64,000 nucleotides of DNA from an uncultured Actinomycetota bacterium (GCA_963737525.1 CAVTTD010000034.1:13483-77482); one strand, 5' to 3'. Positions 9,764-25,217 are shown, counted from the first letter of the stretch. Notes: a model not told the origin generated them from the letters alone. Translations and numbers: made by a program.

Positions 9764-11217
9764 CTACCCCGAGAGCCGCTCGCGCAGGAGCTCCTGCGCG
9801 AGCGTCGGGTTGGCCGACCCGCCGGAGGCCTTCATCACCTGACCGACCAAGAAGCCCATCACGCTCTCGTTGCCGCTGCGGAACTTCTCCGCCGCGTCCG
9901 CGTTGTCCGCGATCACCCGGTCGACGACGACCCCCAGCTCGACCGACGTCCGAGACCTGCCGGAGTCCGCGTCGTTCGACGATGGCGGCGATCGGGTCGC
10001 CGGTCTGGAACGCCTCCTCGAGCGCGCGCTTCGCGCCCGCGCCCCCGATCGTGCCGTCGGCGACGAGCGCGACGAGGTCCGCGATGTGCTGCGGTCCCAC
10101 GGTGGCGTCGCCGGCCGCGTCGGCCTCGTTGCGCAGGCCCGCCAGGTCCTGCGTGATCCAGTTGGCCGACGCGGCCGGCTCCGCGCCGAGCGCCACCGTC
10201 TCCTCGAACAGGGTCGTCGCCGTGCGGTCGGCGACGAGGACGCGTCGCGACCTCGGGCTTCAGCCCCAGCTCGTCCACGTAGCGGGTCCGTCGCGCCTGT
10301 GGGAGCTCCGGCAGGGACGCGCGGATCTCCTCGATCCACGACTCGTCCGGCTCCAGCGCGGGGATGTCCGGCTCCGGGAAGTAGCGGTAGTCGAACGCCT
10401 CCTCCTTCGAACGCATCGTCTTCGTCGTGCCGGAGTCCTCGTCCCAGTGCCGCGTCTCCTGCACGAGCGGCGCTCCCGCCTCCAGCGCCGCGATCTGCCG
10501 TGCGGCCTCGAACACGAGCGCCCGCTCGAGGGACCGGACGGAGTTCATGTTCTTGATCTCGACCTTCGTCCCGAGCGCTTCCGTTCCCGGCGGGCGCACC
10601 GACACGTTCGCGTCGCAGCGGAGCGATCCCTCCTCCATCCGGACGTCGGAGACGTCGAGGGACTCGAGGAGTCCGCGGAGCTCACGGAGGTACGCCCCGG
10701 CTTCCTCGGGCGAGCGCATGTCGGGCTCCGAGACGCACTCGACCAGCGGAACGCCGGCGCGGTTGTAGTCGATCAGCGCGTGCTCGGCCTCGTGGATCCG
10801 GCCCGACGCGCTGCCGTGCGCGGTCTTGCCGGTGTCCTCCTCCATGTGCACACGCGTGATGCCCACACGCGTCTTCGACCCGTCGGCGAGCTCCACGTCG
10901 AGGTGGCCGCCCACGCATACGGGCAGGTCGTACTGGCTGATCTGATAGTTCTTCGGCATGTCCGGATAGAAGTAGTTCTTCCGGTGGAACACCGAGCGCG
11001 GGGCGATCCGGCTTCCGAGCGCGAGCCCGATCTTCACGATGCGCGCGATCGCTTCACGGTTGGGAACCGGCAATGACCCGGGATGCCCGAGGCAGACGGG
11101 GCACGTGAGGGTGTTGGGCTCGGCGCCGAACTCGTTGCGGCACCCGCAGAACATCTTGGTGCGGGTGCTGAGCTCGACGTGACACTCGAGGCCGATCACG
11201 GTTTCCCACTCGCCCAT
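9764..11217 (-). CDS. gatB: Asp-tRNA(Asn)/Glu-tRNA(Gln) amidotransferase subunit B (frameshifted)
   Basis: WETVIGLECHVEL, RKNYFYPDMPKNYQISQ, DYRYFPEPD, GFLVGQVMKASGG. Confidence 0.95.
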
Positions 11218-11281
11218 CGCGCGGGCCAGCCTATCGGACCCTCCCGACGGTCCCGTCCGGGCGCGTCCGTATCCTGTGCGG

Positions 11282-12283
11282 ATGTCTGTTTCCCCGGCCA
11301 CGGCGGCCGACTCCACATCGAGACGGCCTGCCCCGACGTGGCTGATCTGGGTCGCGCTCGGGATCGTGTACGTGATCTGGGGCACCACGTACCTCGGGAT
11401 CCGCATCACCAACGAGACCCTGCCCCCCCTGATCGCCGCGGGGACCCGCTTCGTGATCGCCGGCGCAGTCCTGTTCGCCGTTTCGACCCGCCGGCGCGAC
11501 GCGGAGACCGATCCGATCGGCGCGCCGCAGTGGTTCGCGGCCCTTCTCGTAGGAGCCGGACTGATCGCCTTCGGCAACGGCACGGTCGTGCTCGCGGAGC
11601 GCACGGTTCCCTCGGGGACCGTGGCGCTGATCTTCGCTCTCGTTCCCCTGTGGATCGCGCTCTGGGATCGGCTCGTCGGTCGCCGCCGGCTCCCGGGCCG
11701 AGTGGCCATCGGCATCCTTCTCGGCTTCACGGGCGCTGCGCTCCTCGTGAACGACGCGCGCCTCGCGGACGTGCCACTCTCGGGCTTGCTGCTCGCGGTC
11801 GCCGCGTCGATGAGCTGGGCAGGCGGCTCGCTCTTCGCGCGGAGCGCACGGCTCCCGCACCGTCCGCTCGTCGGCAACGCGATGGTGATGATGGCCGGCG
11901 GCACGATCTCGCTCATGTGGGGCATCGCGCGCGGCGAGCTGGCGCTCATCGACCCGCATCGGTTCTCGACGGCATCGCTGCTGGCGCTGGGCTACCTCGT
12001 GGTGTTCGGCTCGTGGATCGCGTTCACGTCCTACCTGTGGCTGCTCCGCAACGCGCGGACGTCCCTGGTCGCGACATACGCCTGGGTGACGCCGATGCTC
12101 GCGGTCTACCTCGGACACCTGATCGCGGACGAGGTGCTCCGGAGCCGATCCCTGATCGCGGGCGCCGTGGTGCTTGCGGCCGTGGCCCTCACGGTGTCGG
12201 CGGGAGGTGTCGCCCGGGACGATGTCGGGTCAGACGCCGGCCAGGAGCGGCGGACGGAGGACGAGGCCGAGGTCCCGCTCTAG
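11282..12283 (+). CDS. EamA/DMT family transporter
   Basis: VYVIWGTTYLGIR; about 10 TM segments; GSWIAFTSYLWLL. Confidence 0.9.
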   Translation: MSVSPATAADSTSRRPAPTWLIWVALGIVYVIWGTTYLGIRITNETLPPLIAAGTRFVIAGAVLFAVSTRRRDAETDPIGAPQWFAALLVGAGLIAFGNGTVVLAERTVPSGTVALIFALVPLWIALWDRLVGRRRLPGRVAIGILLGFTGAALLVNDARLADVPLSGLLLAVAASMSWAGGSLFARSARLPHRPLVGNAMVMMAGGTISLMWGIARGELALIDPHRFSTASLLALGYLVVFGSWIAFTSYLWLLRNARTSLVATYAWVTPMLAVYLGHLIADEVLRSRSLIAGAVVLAAVALTVSAGGVARDDVGSDAGQERRTEDEAEVPL

Positions 12284-13702
12284 CGCGTGCGCCGCGCGGA
12301 ACAGGACCTGCTCCCCGAGCACCGGGGCGGTCAGCTGCAGCCCCACGGGGAGGCCGTCGCCGTCCGACCCGCACGGCACCGTGATGGCCGGCACGCCGGC
12401 GAGGTTCGCCGGGATCGTGAACACGTCCGAGAGGTACATGGCCAAAGGGTCGTCGGCACGCTCGCCGATCCGGAACGCGGTGGTCGGCGACGTCGGCGAG
12501 ACGAGCACGTCGAAGCTCTCGAAGGCCTTCTCGTAGTCGCGGATGATGAGCGTCCGGACCTTCTGCGCCTGGCCGTAGTAGGCCTCGTAGTAGCCCGCGG
12601 ACAGGGCGTAGGTGCCCAGCATGATCCGGCGCTTGACCTCGGGACCGAAGCCCTCGCCGCGCGTCCGGGACATCATCTCGACGGAGTCGGCTCCCTCGGC
12701 CCGGTAGCCGTACCGGACGCCGTCGTAGCGAGCCAGGTTCGAGGACGCCTCGGACGGCGCGATCAGGTAGTACGCCGACAGCGTGTAGTCGGCGTGCGGG
12801 AGCGTGGCGTCGCCGACCTCCGCGCCGAGCGCCGCGAGCCGGTCGACCGAGGCGCGCACCGCGTCGCGGACGCCGGGCTCGACACCCTCGCCGAACGCCT
12901 CCGCCACCACGCCGACGCGGAGTCCGTCGATCCCGTCCTCCAGGTGAGCGAGATAGTCGGGGATCTCCTCGTCGAGGCTCGTGGCGTCGCGGTGGTCCTT
13001 CCCCGCCATCGCGCCGAGCAGCATCGCGGCGTCGCCCACGCTCCTCGTGAGCGTCCCGACCGTGTCCAGCGACGAGGCGAACGCGATCAGGCCGTACCGG
13101 GAGACGAGTCCATAGGTCGGCTTCAGCCCCACGACCCCGCAGAGCGACGCCGGCTGCCGGACCGACCCGCCCGTGTCGGTCCCGAGCGCCCAGACGACCT
13201 CCCCGGCGGCGACCGCGGCGGCGCTGCCGCCGCTGGAGCCGCCGGGGACCCGCTCCAGATCCCAGGGGTTGTGGACCGGCCCGTACGCCGAGTTCTCGTT
13301 CGACGATCCCATCGCGAACTCGTCACAGTTGGTCTTGCCCATCAACACGCTGCCGTGACCCGACAGGCGGGCCCACGCCGTGCACTCGTACGGCGGGATG
13401 TACGTGTCGAGGATCTTCGATCCGCACGTCGTCCGGATCCCCATCGTCGCCAGCACATCCTTGAGCGCCAAGGGGATCCCCGCGACCGGATGCTGCGGCG
13501 CCCCGGTCCCCCGGTGTGTGTCCAGCTCGGCCGCGCGCTCCAGCGCGACCTCGGGCGTGCGCGTGAGGAAGGCCTGCACGCGGTCGTCCACGGCGTCGAT
13601 CCGGCGGAGCGAGGACTCCACGACCTCGGTCGCCGAGACCTCTCCTCCCGCGATCCTGGCGGCGAGCTCGGTGCCCGTCAGGTCGCAGAGCTCGGCCGTC
13701 AT
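12230..13702 (-). CDS. gatA: amidotransferase subunit A
   Basis: GKTNCDEFAMGSS, PGGSSGGSAA, GTDTGGSVRQPA, RRIMLGTYALS. Confidence 0.97.
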   Translation of the reverse strand: MTAELCDLTGTELAARIAGGEVSATEVVESSLRRIDAVDDRVQAFLTRTPEVALERAAELDTHRGTGAPQHPVAGIPLALKDVLATMGIRTTCGSKILDTYIPPYECTAWARLSGHGSVLMGKTNCDEFAMGSSNENSAYGPVHNPWDLERVPGGSSGGSAAAVAAGEVVWALGTDTGGSVRQPASLCGVVGLKPTYGLVSRYGLIAFASSLDTVGTLTRSVGDAAMLLGAMAGKDHRDATSLDEEIPDYLAHLEDGIDGLRVGVVAEAFGEGVEPGVRDAVRASVDRLAALGAEVGDATLPHADYTLSAYYLIAPSEASSNLARYDGVRYGYRAEGADSVEMMSRTRGEGFGPEVKRRIMLGTYALSAGYYEAYYGQAQKVRTLIIRDYEKAFESFDVLVSPTSPTTAFRIGERADDPLAMYLSDVFTIPANLAGVPAITVPCGSDGDGLPVGLQLTAPVLGEQVLFRAAHALERDLGLVLRPPLLAGV

Positions 13703-13992
13703 CCCTGTCCCTCGACGATCCGCACGACCTTGAACCGGCCGTCCTCCTGCTCGGGCGCGTTGGCGAGCGCCTCCGCCTGCGGCAGCGACGGCTCGGGGGT
13801 GTCCTCCCGATACACGTTGGATCGCGGGATCGCGTAGGCGGTCGGCGGGACGTCGTCGGCGGCCACCTCGCCCACCTTCGCCGCGTGTTCGAGGATGAGG
13901 CTCAACTGGTCTCGGAGCTGCGCCTTCTCGTCGTCGGTGAGCGCCACCCGCGCGAGCCGCGCGACGTGATCGATGTCGATCTCGACGGCCAT
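13699..13992 (-). CDS. gatC: amidotransferase subunit C
   Basis: HVARLAR...ALANAP...FKV; overlaps the gatA start. Confidence 0.95.
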   Translation of the reverse strand: MAVEIDIDHVARLARVALTDDEKAQLRDQLSLILEHAAKVGEVAADDVPPTAYAIPRSNVYREDTPEPSLPQAEALANAPEQEDGRFKVVRIVEGQG

Positions 13993-14016
13993 GGCGCGCA
14001 GTCTAGAGACCGGCTC

Positions 14017-14934
14017 TCAGATCGAAACCCCGAAGCGAGGCTCGACACGGAGCGCCGCGGCCGCGGCGCTCACGGCGTTCCCGATCAGCCATACGTCCGT
14101 GATCGGCCCGACGCCGCCGGGGACCGGGGTGATCGCCTCGGCCTTGGCGGCCACGCCGTCGAACTCGATGTCGCCCACGAACCGCACCTTGCCGGTCTCG
14201 GGATCCTTCACCGGATCGATGCCGACGTCGACCGCGATCACCCCGTCGCGCACCATGTCGCCCGTCACGAGCCCCGCCACCCCGGCCGCCACGATCAGGA
14301 TGTCCGCTTGCCGGGTGAACGCCGACAGATCCGTCGTGCGCGAATGGCAGGTCACGACGGTCGCGTGCCGCTGGAGGCCGAGCGAAGCCGCGGGCTTGCC
14401 GACCGAGTCGGACCGACCGACGACGACGAGGGTCTTGCCCGGATAGAACGACTCCGGCTCCCGCCCGGTCGACCTGAGGTAGGAGTCCAGCAGGTAGAAG
14501 CACGACGCAGGTGTCGAGGGCACGAATCGCGGACGGCCCTGCGCCAAGAGGCCCGCGTTCTCCGGATGGACGGCCTCGACGTCCTTGTACGGATCGAGCG
14601 CCCGGTAGACGAGCGGCTCGGAGATGCCCGCGGGGAGCGGGCGAAGGACCAGGATCCCCGTCACGCGCGGATCGGCGTTCAGCTTCCCGACCACGGCGAG
14701 GACGTCGGCGACCTCCGCGTCGTCGGGGAGGTGCTCGTTGGCGTAGTCGCATTCGAGACGCTCGGCCAGCCGCTTCACGTGCCGTTCGTACGCGGCCGCG
14801 GCGTGGTCGTCCCCGACCAGGATCGTCGCGAGCCCCGGCCGAGCCCCGGAGATCCTCAACTGTCGGAGCTCTTCATGGACATGCTCGGAGAGCTCTTCCG
14901 CCAGCTTGTTGCCGTCGATCACCGTCCCCGCCAT
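14017..14934 (-). CDS. folD: methylenetetrahydrofolate dehydrogenase/cyclohydrolase
   Basis: IDG, KDVE, VGRSDSVGKP, ITPVPGGVGP. Confidence 0.93.
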   Translation of the reverse strand: MAGTVIDGNKLAEELSEHVHEELRQLRISGARPGLATILVGDDHAAAAYERHVKRLAERLECDYANEHLPDDAEVADVLAVVGKLNADPRVTGILVLRPLPAGISEPLVYRALDPYKDVEAVHPENAGLLAQGRPRFVPSTPASCFYLLDSYLRSTGREPESFYPGKTLVVVGRSDSVGKPAASLGLQRHATVVTCHSRTTDLSAFTRQADILIVAAGVAGLVTGDMVRDGVIAVDVGIDPVKDPETGKVRFVGDIEFDGVAAKAEAITPVPGGVGPITDVWLIGNAVSAAAAALRVEPRFGVSI

Positions 14935-14956
14935 GCCACGTCCTTCCGTCGCCGGA

Positions 14957-17670
<2,714 letters not shown>

Positions 17671-17745
17671 CGGTCTCTTCTCGACCTCACTCGATGGGCG
17701 GGCGGGCCGATGATAGTCCAGGGGTGGGAGGCACCCCGGAGACGG

Positions 17746-18141
17746 TCAACCGCCGATCAACAGATCCAGCACCGCTTGGTCCTGGTTCATCGTCCAGAAC
17801 TCGACGATCCTGCCGTCGCGCACGTGGGCGACCAGGACCTGTTGCTGGTCATACCGGCGACCGTCGGCCACCTCCAGGTGCTGGTGGACGAGCGCGATCG
17901 CGTGTTCGTCGTTGGCCACGACGTCGTGAACGTCGTAGCGGGAGACGATGCCGGCCTCCTGCAATGCGTCGAGCCGGCTGATCACCGCTTCACGGCCCTC
18001 GAACCGACCGCTGAACCGATTGGTACCCGGCGCATGCCACGTGATGTCCTCGGCGAAGGCGCGCTCCTCGCCCGCGACGTCTCCGGTCGCGAAGGCCTCG
18101 ATGAGCCCGCGGAGCAGGGTCGCGTTCGCGTGCTCGCTCAT
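17746..18141 (-). CDS. NTF2/SnoaL-like protein
   Basis: FAEDITWHAPG...SGRFEGREAV...VRDGRIVEFW. Confidence 0.85.
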   Translation of the reverse strand: MSEHANATLLRGLIEAFATGDVAGEERAFAEDITWHAPGTNRFSGRFEGREAVISRLDALQEAGIVSRYDVHDVVANDEHAIALVHQHLEVADGRRYDQQQVLVAHVRDGRIVEFWTMNQDQAVLDLLIGG

Positions 18142-18151
18142 GCACGCCCAC

Positions 18152-19231
<1,080 letters not shown>

Positions 19232-19263
19232 CTATCAGCGGCGCGTTCTCGGACCGGGCGAGT

Positions 19264-22200
19264 TCAGCCGATCGCGGCTCGATCGATCGCGACGGCCTCG
19301 ACCCGTTCCAGCCAGGGCCTCGCGCGGAGGCGCTCGAACAGCTCGCGAGCCTCGTCGAGGAGCGGCTTCGCGTCGTCCTGCCCTCGCCTCGCTCGACGAG
19401 CCACTCCGCCGGATCCAGGAGAGCGACCGCCAGCCAGAACGGTGTCTCCAACTCCCGGAACATGCCGATCGCGCGCTTGTACCCGGGCTCCACGAGCTCG
19501 GCCTCACCCCGAAGATGGGCGATCCGAGCGCGCAGCCGCCGGGACTGCGCGTCGACGTACGGGCTCTGCCGGCCGGGCGGGATCGCCGCCGCGATCGACA
19601 GGATCCCCTCGGCCTCGTCGAACCGGCCCAGAGAGATCGCGGCCTCGACCGCCTCCACGAACGCATCCTTGATCGCCTCGTGGCCGATGCCGAGCTCGCT
19701 CCGCGCCTCGAGCGCCCGTTCCGCGTCCCGCAGGGCGTCTTCGAACCGCCCTTCGGCGCGAGCGATGATCGCGGCCCCCGCGGCCGCGGTCGACCGCTCC
19801 TGGAGGTCGTCGGACGTTTCCGCATCCGCGAAGATCGGCGTGGCTCGCCCTCGCCTCGTCGAACTCTCCCCGGCGGACGCGGATGGAGGGGATGGAGCAC
19901 AGGAACCCGTTGTAGGCGATCCGATTGTTCTCGATCGCGTCCGGAGGCAGCGCCTCCGCCGTCTCGAGCACGTCGTCCCACTCGCCGAGCGCGACCTGTG
20001 GATACATCTGCCCCACGAACTGCAACTCCCAATCACGATGGCCGACCCGGCGCGCCAGCGCGAGCCCGGACAGGATCCGCTCCGTGGCCTCCCGGTACGA
20101 ATCGACCTGGATCGCCGCGTCGGTGAGGTTGTAGTACGCGCGGAGCGCAGCCGTCGGGATCTCGTGATCGAGCGCGACGTCCAAGGCGTACCGCAGCAGC
20201 GCCAGCGCCTCGCGCTGTCGCCCGCGCGCTTGGAGCGTGAGGCTCTTCGTGTTCAGGGCCTGCGAGAGGATCTCCGGGAGGCCCAAGGCCTCCGCGATCT
20301 CGAGCGCCACCTCGACGCGCGCCGCGGAGGCCGACCGCCTGCCCGGCGAAGAAGAGCAAACGCGCGAGCGTTGCCGCCACCGTCGCCAGGTCGCTGTCTG
20401 GTTCCTCCTCCGAGAGCACCGCGAACGACCGCTCCATCCGCCGGACAGCGTCGCCGAGCCGCCCTCGGTCCCACATGACCTCCGCGAGCCGGGCGGACAC
20501 GCGGGCCGCCGGGTGCGTGGCACCCTCGGCCTCGAACAGCGAGATCGACCGCTCGTAGTGTGCGGTGGCTTCCTCCGCTCGTCCGCCCGCCCGCGCCATG
20601 CGCCGGCTCGCTCGTGGAGTCCCGCTTGCTCCAGTCGCTCGTCCATGAGCTCGGTGGCGTGCTCGAGCGACCGCTGCGCCTCGGCGTTGGCTCCCAACGA
20701 CGCGGCTCGCTCGGCGGCCCGGATCAGCATGTCCCGCGCCTTCGTCCGGATCTCCGGATGCGTCCTCGGCGTTCGGCTCCGCCTGGATAGGCGTCCAGGT
20801 AGTGAGCCGCCACCACCTCGACGATCTCGTCCTCGTCCACCGCACCGAGGAGATACGCGGCGGCGGCCAGATGACCGGCCTTCCGCTCACGCCGGGACAT
20901 CGTGTCGTAGGCCACCTTCTTGACCAGGTCCTGCAGGAACCCGTATTGGCCTCGCTCGGGCGACATCGGATCGGTCGTCACCCCCAGGACCTCCTTGTGG
21001 ACGAGCGAGGACAAGCGTCGAGCTCCAGCTGCGCCTCCTCGATGCCCGGTCACGGCGGCCAGACCCTGCAGCGTGAACGACTTCCCGAGCACCGACGCGC
21101 GCTGGAGCAGGCGGCGCTCTTCGGTGGCGAGCCGTCGAGTCGCGCGGCGATCAGCGCCTGCAGCGTCTCGGGGACCTCGAGCGTCTCGATCGGTCCGGTC
21201 GCCTGGTACACATTCCCCTCCCGGACGATCAGGCCCCGGTCGAGGAGCATCCGGACCGTCTCCACCGCGTAGAAAGGAACGCCCTCGGCCCGCTGCAGGA
21301 TCTTCTCGAGGATGTCGCCGGGAAGCCCCGGGAGCGGTCCGGCCAGGAGTGTCTCCATCGCCTCCGGCGGCAGCGGCTCGAGGAAGATCGAGGTGAACCC
21401 CCGCTTGCCCGCCCCCCACGTGGGCCGACGGTCCAGCAGCTCGGGCCGGGAGAGCGTCAGGATGAAGATCGGCCGCTCTCGGGACCAGTCGAGCATGTGC
21501 TCGATGAAGTCCAGCAAGCGCGCTGTCGGCCCAATGGATGTCCTCGAACAGCATGATCACGGGGTCGGCGTCCGACATCCGCTCGAAGAACAATCGCCAC
21601 GCGGCGAAGAGGTTCGCCTCGTCCCCCGGCGGCCGATCCTCCAGCCCGAGCAGCTGCGCGAGCCTGCGGCTCGACGAATCGCCGTTCGTTCGGATCGGGA
21701 ACGATGTCGTCCACGCGTCGCTCGGAGCTTCGCCGACGCGGAGACGGAGTCCTCGTCCTCGACGATGCCGGCCCGGCCCCGCACCATCTCGGCGAGCGCC
21801 CAGAACGCGACCCCGTCCCCGTACGCGAGGCACCGTCCTCGATGCCACCACGCGGAGTCGGCGAGGCCGTCGAAGTACTTCTCGAACTCCCACGCCAGGC
21901 GGGACTTGCCGATCCCGCCGACGCCGGTCACCGAGACGCAGGTTGGTCCGATGCTCGTCGGCGGTGGCGTGGTAGAGCTCCTTCACGAGCCGCAGCTCGC
22001 GATCCCGGCCGACGAACGGCGGCTCCAGCGCAGAGGACGTCGACACGCCCCCTCGGAGCCCGACCACTCGGACGGCGCGCCAGAGCTGCATCGCCTCCGC
22101 CTTGCCCTTCAGCTCGTGGCTCCCGGCGTCCTCGTAGGCGATCGCGGCGTCGGTCGCCCGCTTGGTCGCATCGCCGACGAACACGCCTCCGGGCTGTGCG

Positions 22201-22793
22201 GACGCTTGGATCCGGGAGGCGGTGTTCACGAGGTCGCCGGCGACCATCCCCTGTCCCTCGGCGCCGAGCGTCACCGCCGCTTCGCCCGTGAGGACGCCTG
22301 CGCGGGCGCGAAGCTCGGGAGCTCCCGCGTCCTCGCCGAGGGTCGCGACGGCCGCGGTGAGCTCGAGTGCCGCCCGCACGGCGCGCTCGGCATCATCCTC
22401 CTTCGCGACCGGCGCCCCCAGACCGCCATCACCGCGTCGCCGATGAACTTCTCGACCGTCCCTCCGTAGCGATCGATCAGCCGCCGGCAGGTGTCGAAGT
22501 AGCTCGTCGAGCAGCTCACGGACCTCCTCGGGGTCTCGCGACTCCGAGATCGTGGTGAAGCCGACGAGATCTGCGAAGAGCACAGATACGAGCCGCCGCT
22601 CGGCGGAGGGCGTGTCCCGGGCGACCTCCGCGGCCGGTTCGCTCGTGAGAGGGGATCCGCATTCGCCGCAGAACTTCGTTCCTGGCGCGTTGGGGGTTGC
22701 GCACACGCCACAGACGACCGACAGGGCGGTGCCGCAGTTGCCGCAGAACTTGCGCCCCTGTTCGTTCTCGGTTCCGCAGCTCGAACAGATCAT
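19264..22793 (-). CDS. double zinc ribbon + class III adenylate/guanylate cyclase + STAND/AAA ATPase + TPR protein (multiple frameshifts)
   Basis: CSSC..CGNC..CGVC..CGEC, VLFADLVGFT, EKFIGDAVMA, GDLVNTASRIQ, GVGGIGKSRL, FEDIHWAD, TPR-like C-terminus ending ...AAIG-TGA at 19264. Confidence 0.88.
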
Positions 22794-22884
22794 CGCCGAA
22801 CGGTCACCCGCCTCTCAGGGGCCGAAGCCTAATCGACGCTCCGCTCCGGTGGGAATCGCGCGTGCCGCCCCGTATCGTGACCGC

Positions 22885-24659
22885 ATGCTCGAAGCGCGAT
22901 TCGACGACCTCACCGGCGCCTCGCCCTCGTTCCGACTCGTGGAACCGGTCGGCGTCCTGGAGGCAACGCGCGCCGGTGAGGTCGTCGCGACTCTCGAGGC
23001 GGCCGAGGCGGCGGCCGGGCGCGGCCTCTGGGTCGCGGGGTTCGTCGCCTACGAGGCCGCGCCCGGCCTCGATCCGGCGCTCGTCGTCCGCTCCCGCGAC
23101 GCCGACGATCCCTTCGCGGCACTGCCCCTCGCCTGGTTCGCGATGTTCGAGCGCGCCGAGGAGACCACGCTGCCGCTCCCCCGCGACGAGGACGGCGTCT
23201 CCGAGACCCCCGAAGGGACGTGGGTGCCGACGACGACCCGCGAGCGGTACGAGTCCTCCGTCGACCGGATCCGCGAGCTGATCGCGGCGGGCGAGACCTA
23301 CCAGGTGAACCACACGATGCGTCTGCGCTCCCACGTCGAAGGGGACCCGCGCGGGCTGTACCGCGATCTCTCCTACGCGCAGCGTGGAGCGTTCTCGGCC
23401 TATCTCGACCTCGGCCGCTATCGAGTGCTCTCGGCCTCGCCGGAGCTCTTCTTCGAGCTCCGCGACGGCGCGATCGTCACCAAGCCGATGAAGGGCACGG
23501 CACCGCGCGGCCGGTGGCCCGACGGAAGATCGCGCCGTCGCGGAGCGGCTGATCGCCTCGGCCAAGGACCGCGCCGAGAACGCGATGATCGTGGACCTCC
23601 TGCGCAACGACCTCGGGCGGATCAGCCGCACCGGTTCGGTCACCTGGGCCGACGTCTTCCAGGCCGAGCGCTTCGAGACCGTCTGGCAACTCACCACCAC
23701 CGTGTCGGCGGCGCTCGACGCCGACGTGGGGTTGGCGAGCGTGTTCCGCGGGCTGTTCCCGAGCGGCTCGGTGACCGGGGCCCCCAAGGTCCGCACGATG
23801 GAGATCATCAGCGAGCTCGAGGACTCGCCGCGAGGGGTCTACTGCGGCGCGATCGGCTACCTCGCACCGGAGGGATCCGGCGCCCCTCGCGCGCGGTTCA
23901 GCGTCGCGATCCGCACGGTGACGCTCGACACCGCCTCGCGGACCGCCGAGTACGGCGTCGGCGGAGGGATCACGTGGGACTCCGACGCGGGCGCCGAGTA
24001 CGAGGAGGCGGTCGCGAAGACCCGCGTCCTGACGGCGCGTCGCCCCGGCTTCGAGCTCCTGGAGACGATGCGGTACGACCCCACCGAAGGTGTGAGACAC
24101 CTGGACATGCATCTCCGGCGGCTGGCCGGGTCCGCCGACTACTTCGGGTTCCACTACGAGGAGATCGACGTACGCGAAGCCGTGGAGAAGACCGTGGTGT
24201 CCGCGCCACCCGCACCGTGCCGCGTCCGCCTCGCGCTCGGCAAGGAGCGGCACGGTACGCGTCGCCTGCACCCCACTCGCGAGCGAGCCGGACGTGGTCC
24301 GGGTGTCACTCGATGACGTGCCTCAGGATCCCCAGGACATCTTCCTGTTCCACAAGACGTCGCGACGCCAGCGCTACGAGGACGCGCGCCGGCGACACCC
24401 CGACGCCGACGACGTGATCCTGATCAACGACCGAGGGGAGGTGACCGAGTCGACGATCGCGAACGTGGCGGTGCACCTCGACGGGCGCTGGGTGACGCCG
24501 CCGATCGATGCGGGGTTGCTGCCAGGGATCGGCCGCGCGGCTGCGCTGGAGGACGGTTCCCTGACCGAAGCGCCGGTGACGATCGAGGACCTGCGGTCCT
24601 CGGAGGAGCTCGTGCTGATCAGCGATGCCCGAGGCTGGCGTCGCGCGATCCTCGTCTAG
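22885..24659 (+). CDS. pabB: aminodeoxychorismate synthase component I fused to ADC lyase (PabB-PabC; frameshifted)
   Basis: GETYQVN, SPELFF, KPMKGT, MIVDLLRNDLG, GSVTGAPK, then a class IV PLP domain (LLETM, FHKT, TESTIAN, GLLPGI). Confidence 0.9.
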
Positions 24660-24832
24660 TCCCGCTCCTGCTCGACGGGGAAGGAGAACGGCCGCATGCC
24701 GTGCTCTTCCAGCGGGCAGTCACAGAGTGGGCAGCGAGGTGGCTCCTCGTACACGAGCACGGTCCGCTCGCAGTACGGGCAATCCCCTTCTCGCATCGCG
24801 GGAGGTTGTTCTGTCTCGTTCGGCATCGGCAT
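24656..24832 (-). CDS. small zinc-ribbon protein (46-58 aa; not in ORF track)
   Basis: Manual translation: (MPMPNETEQPPA)MREGDCPYCERTVLVYEEPPRCPLCDCPLEEHGMRPFSFPVEQERD*. Two CPxC knuckles; its stop overlaps the pabBC stop in CTAG. Confidence 0.7.
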   Translation of the reverse strand: MPMPNETEQPPAMREGDCPYCERTVLVYEEPPRCPLCDCPLEEHGMRPFSFPVEQERD

Positions 24833-24945
24833 CGCGCTCGGGGGGAGCGGTCCACTCCTGCATCGGCAATATCCCGCCTACCTTGAATCAGGCAGACGAC
24901 GCCTCCATCGGCGTGATCGCCGTGCGTCCGGACGGCCCCGGACGT

Positions 24946-24977
24946 GCAGCGACCCTCCCCTGAGGGAGGGTCGCTGC
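24946..24977. terminator. perfect 14-bp GC-rich hairpin, probable terminator of the 72-aa ORF
   Basis: GCAGCGACCCTCCC-ctga-GGGAGGGTCGCTGC, 21 nt after the stop at 24999; no U-tract. Confidence 0.6.
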
Positions 24978-24998
24978 GGGGGGGTACCTCGAGCCGGC

Positions 24999-25217
24999 CT
25001 AGGCGGCTTCCATCTCCTTGCGACTGCGACGCTTGCCGCGCGCGATGTAGGTGTGGACCGGTTCGTGCTGCCAGCAGTAGTCCCATTTGTTGTAGATCGA
25101 AAGCTTGGTCGTGCACCCCGGAGCCGCGCAACTGCGATCGGACTGGTACCGCTTGTTGGCCCTCGGGAGCGACCGGACCGACTGGCCCCGGAAACTCTCC
25201 TCCGCCATCTCGTTCAC
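24999..25217 (-). CDS. small basic Cys/His protein (72 aa)
   Basis: CAAPGC...YCWQH motif, basic tail RGKRRSRK, GAAGGGA SD-like sequence, own promoter and downstream hairpin. Confidence 0.8.
   Translation of the reverse strand: MNEMAEESFRGQSVRSLPRANKRYQSDRSCAAPGCTTKLSIYNKWDYCWQHEPVHTYIARGKRRSRKEMEAA

Noticed and set aside
8118-10196. Apparent 692-aa GatB-MFS-Rieske fusion (similarly tal-rho 755 aa and dehydrogenase-SCP2 456 aa)
   Set aside because: Artefacts of frameshifts or open upstream frames; each component has its own start.
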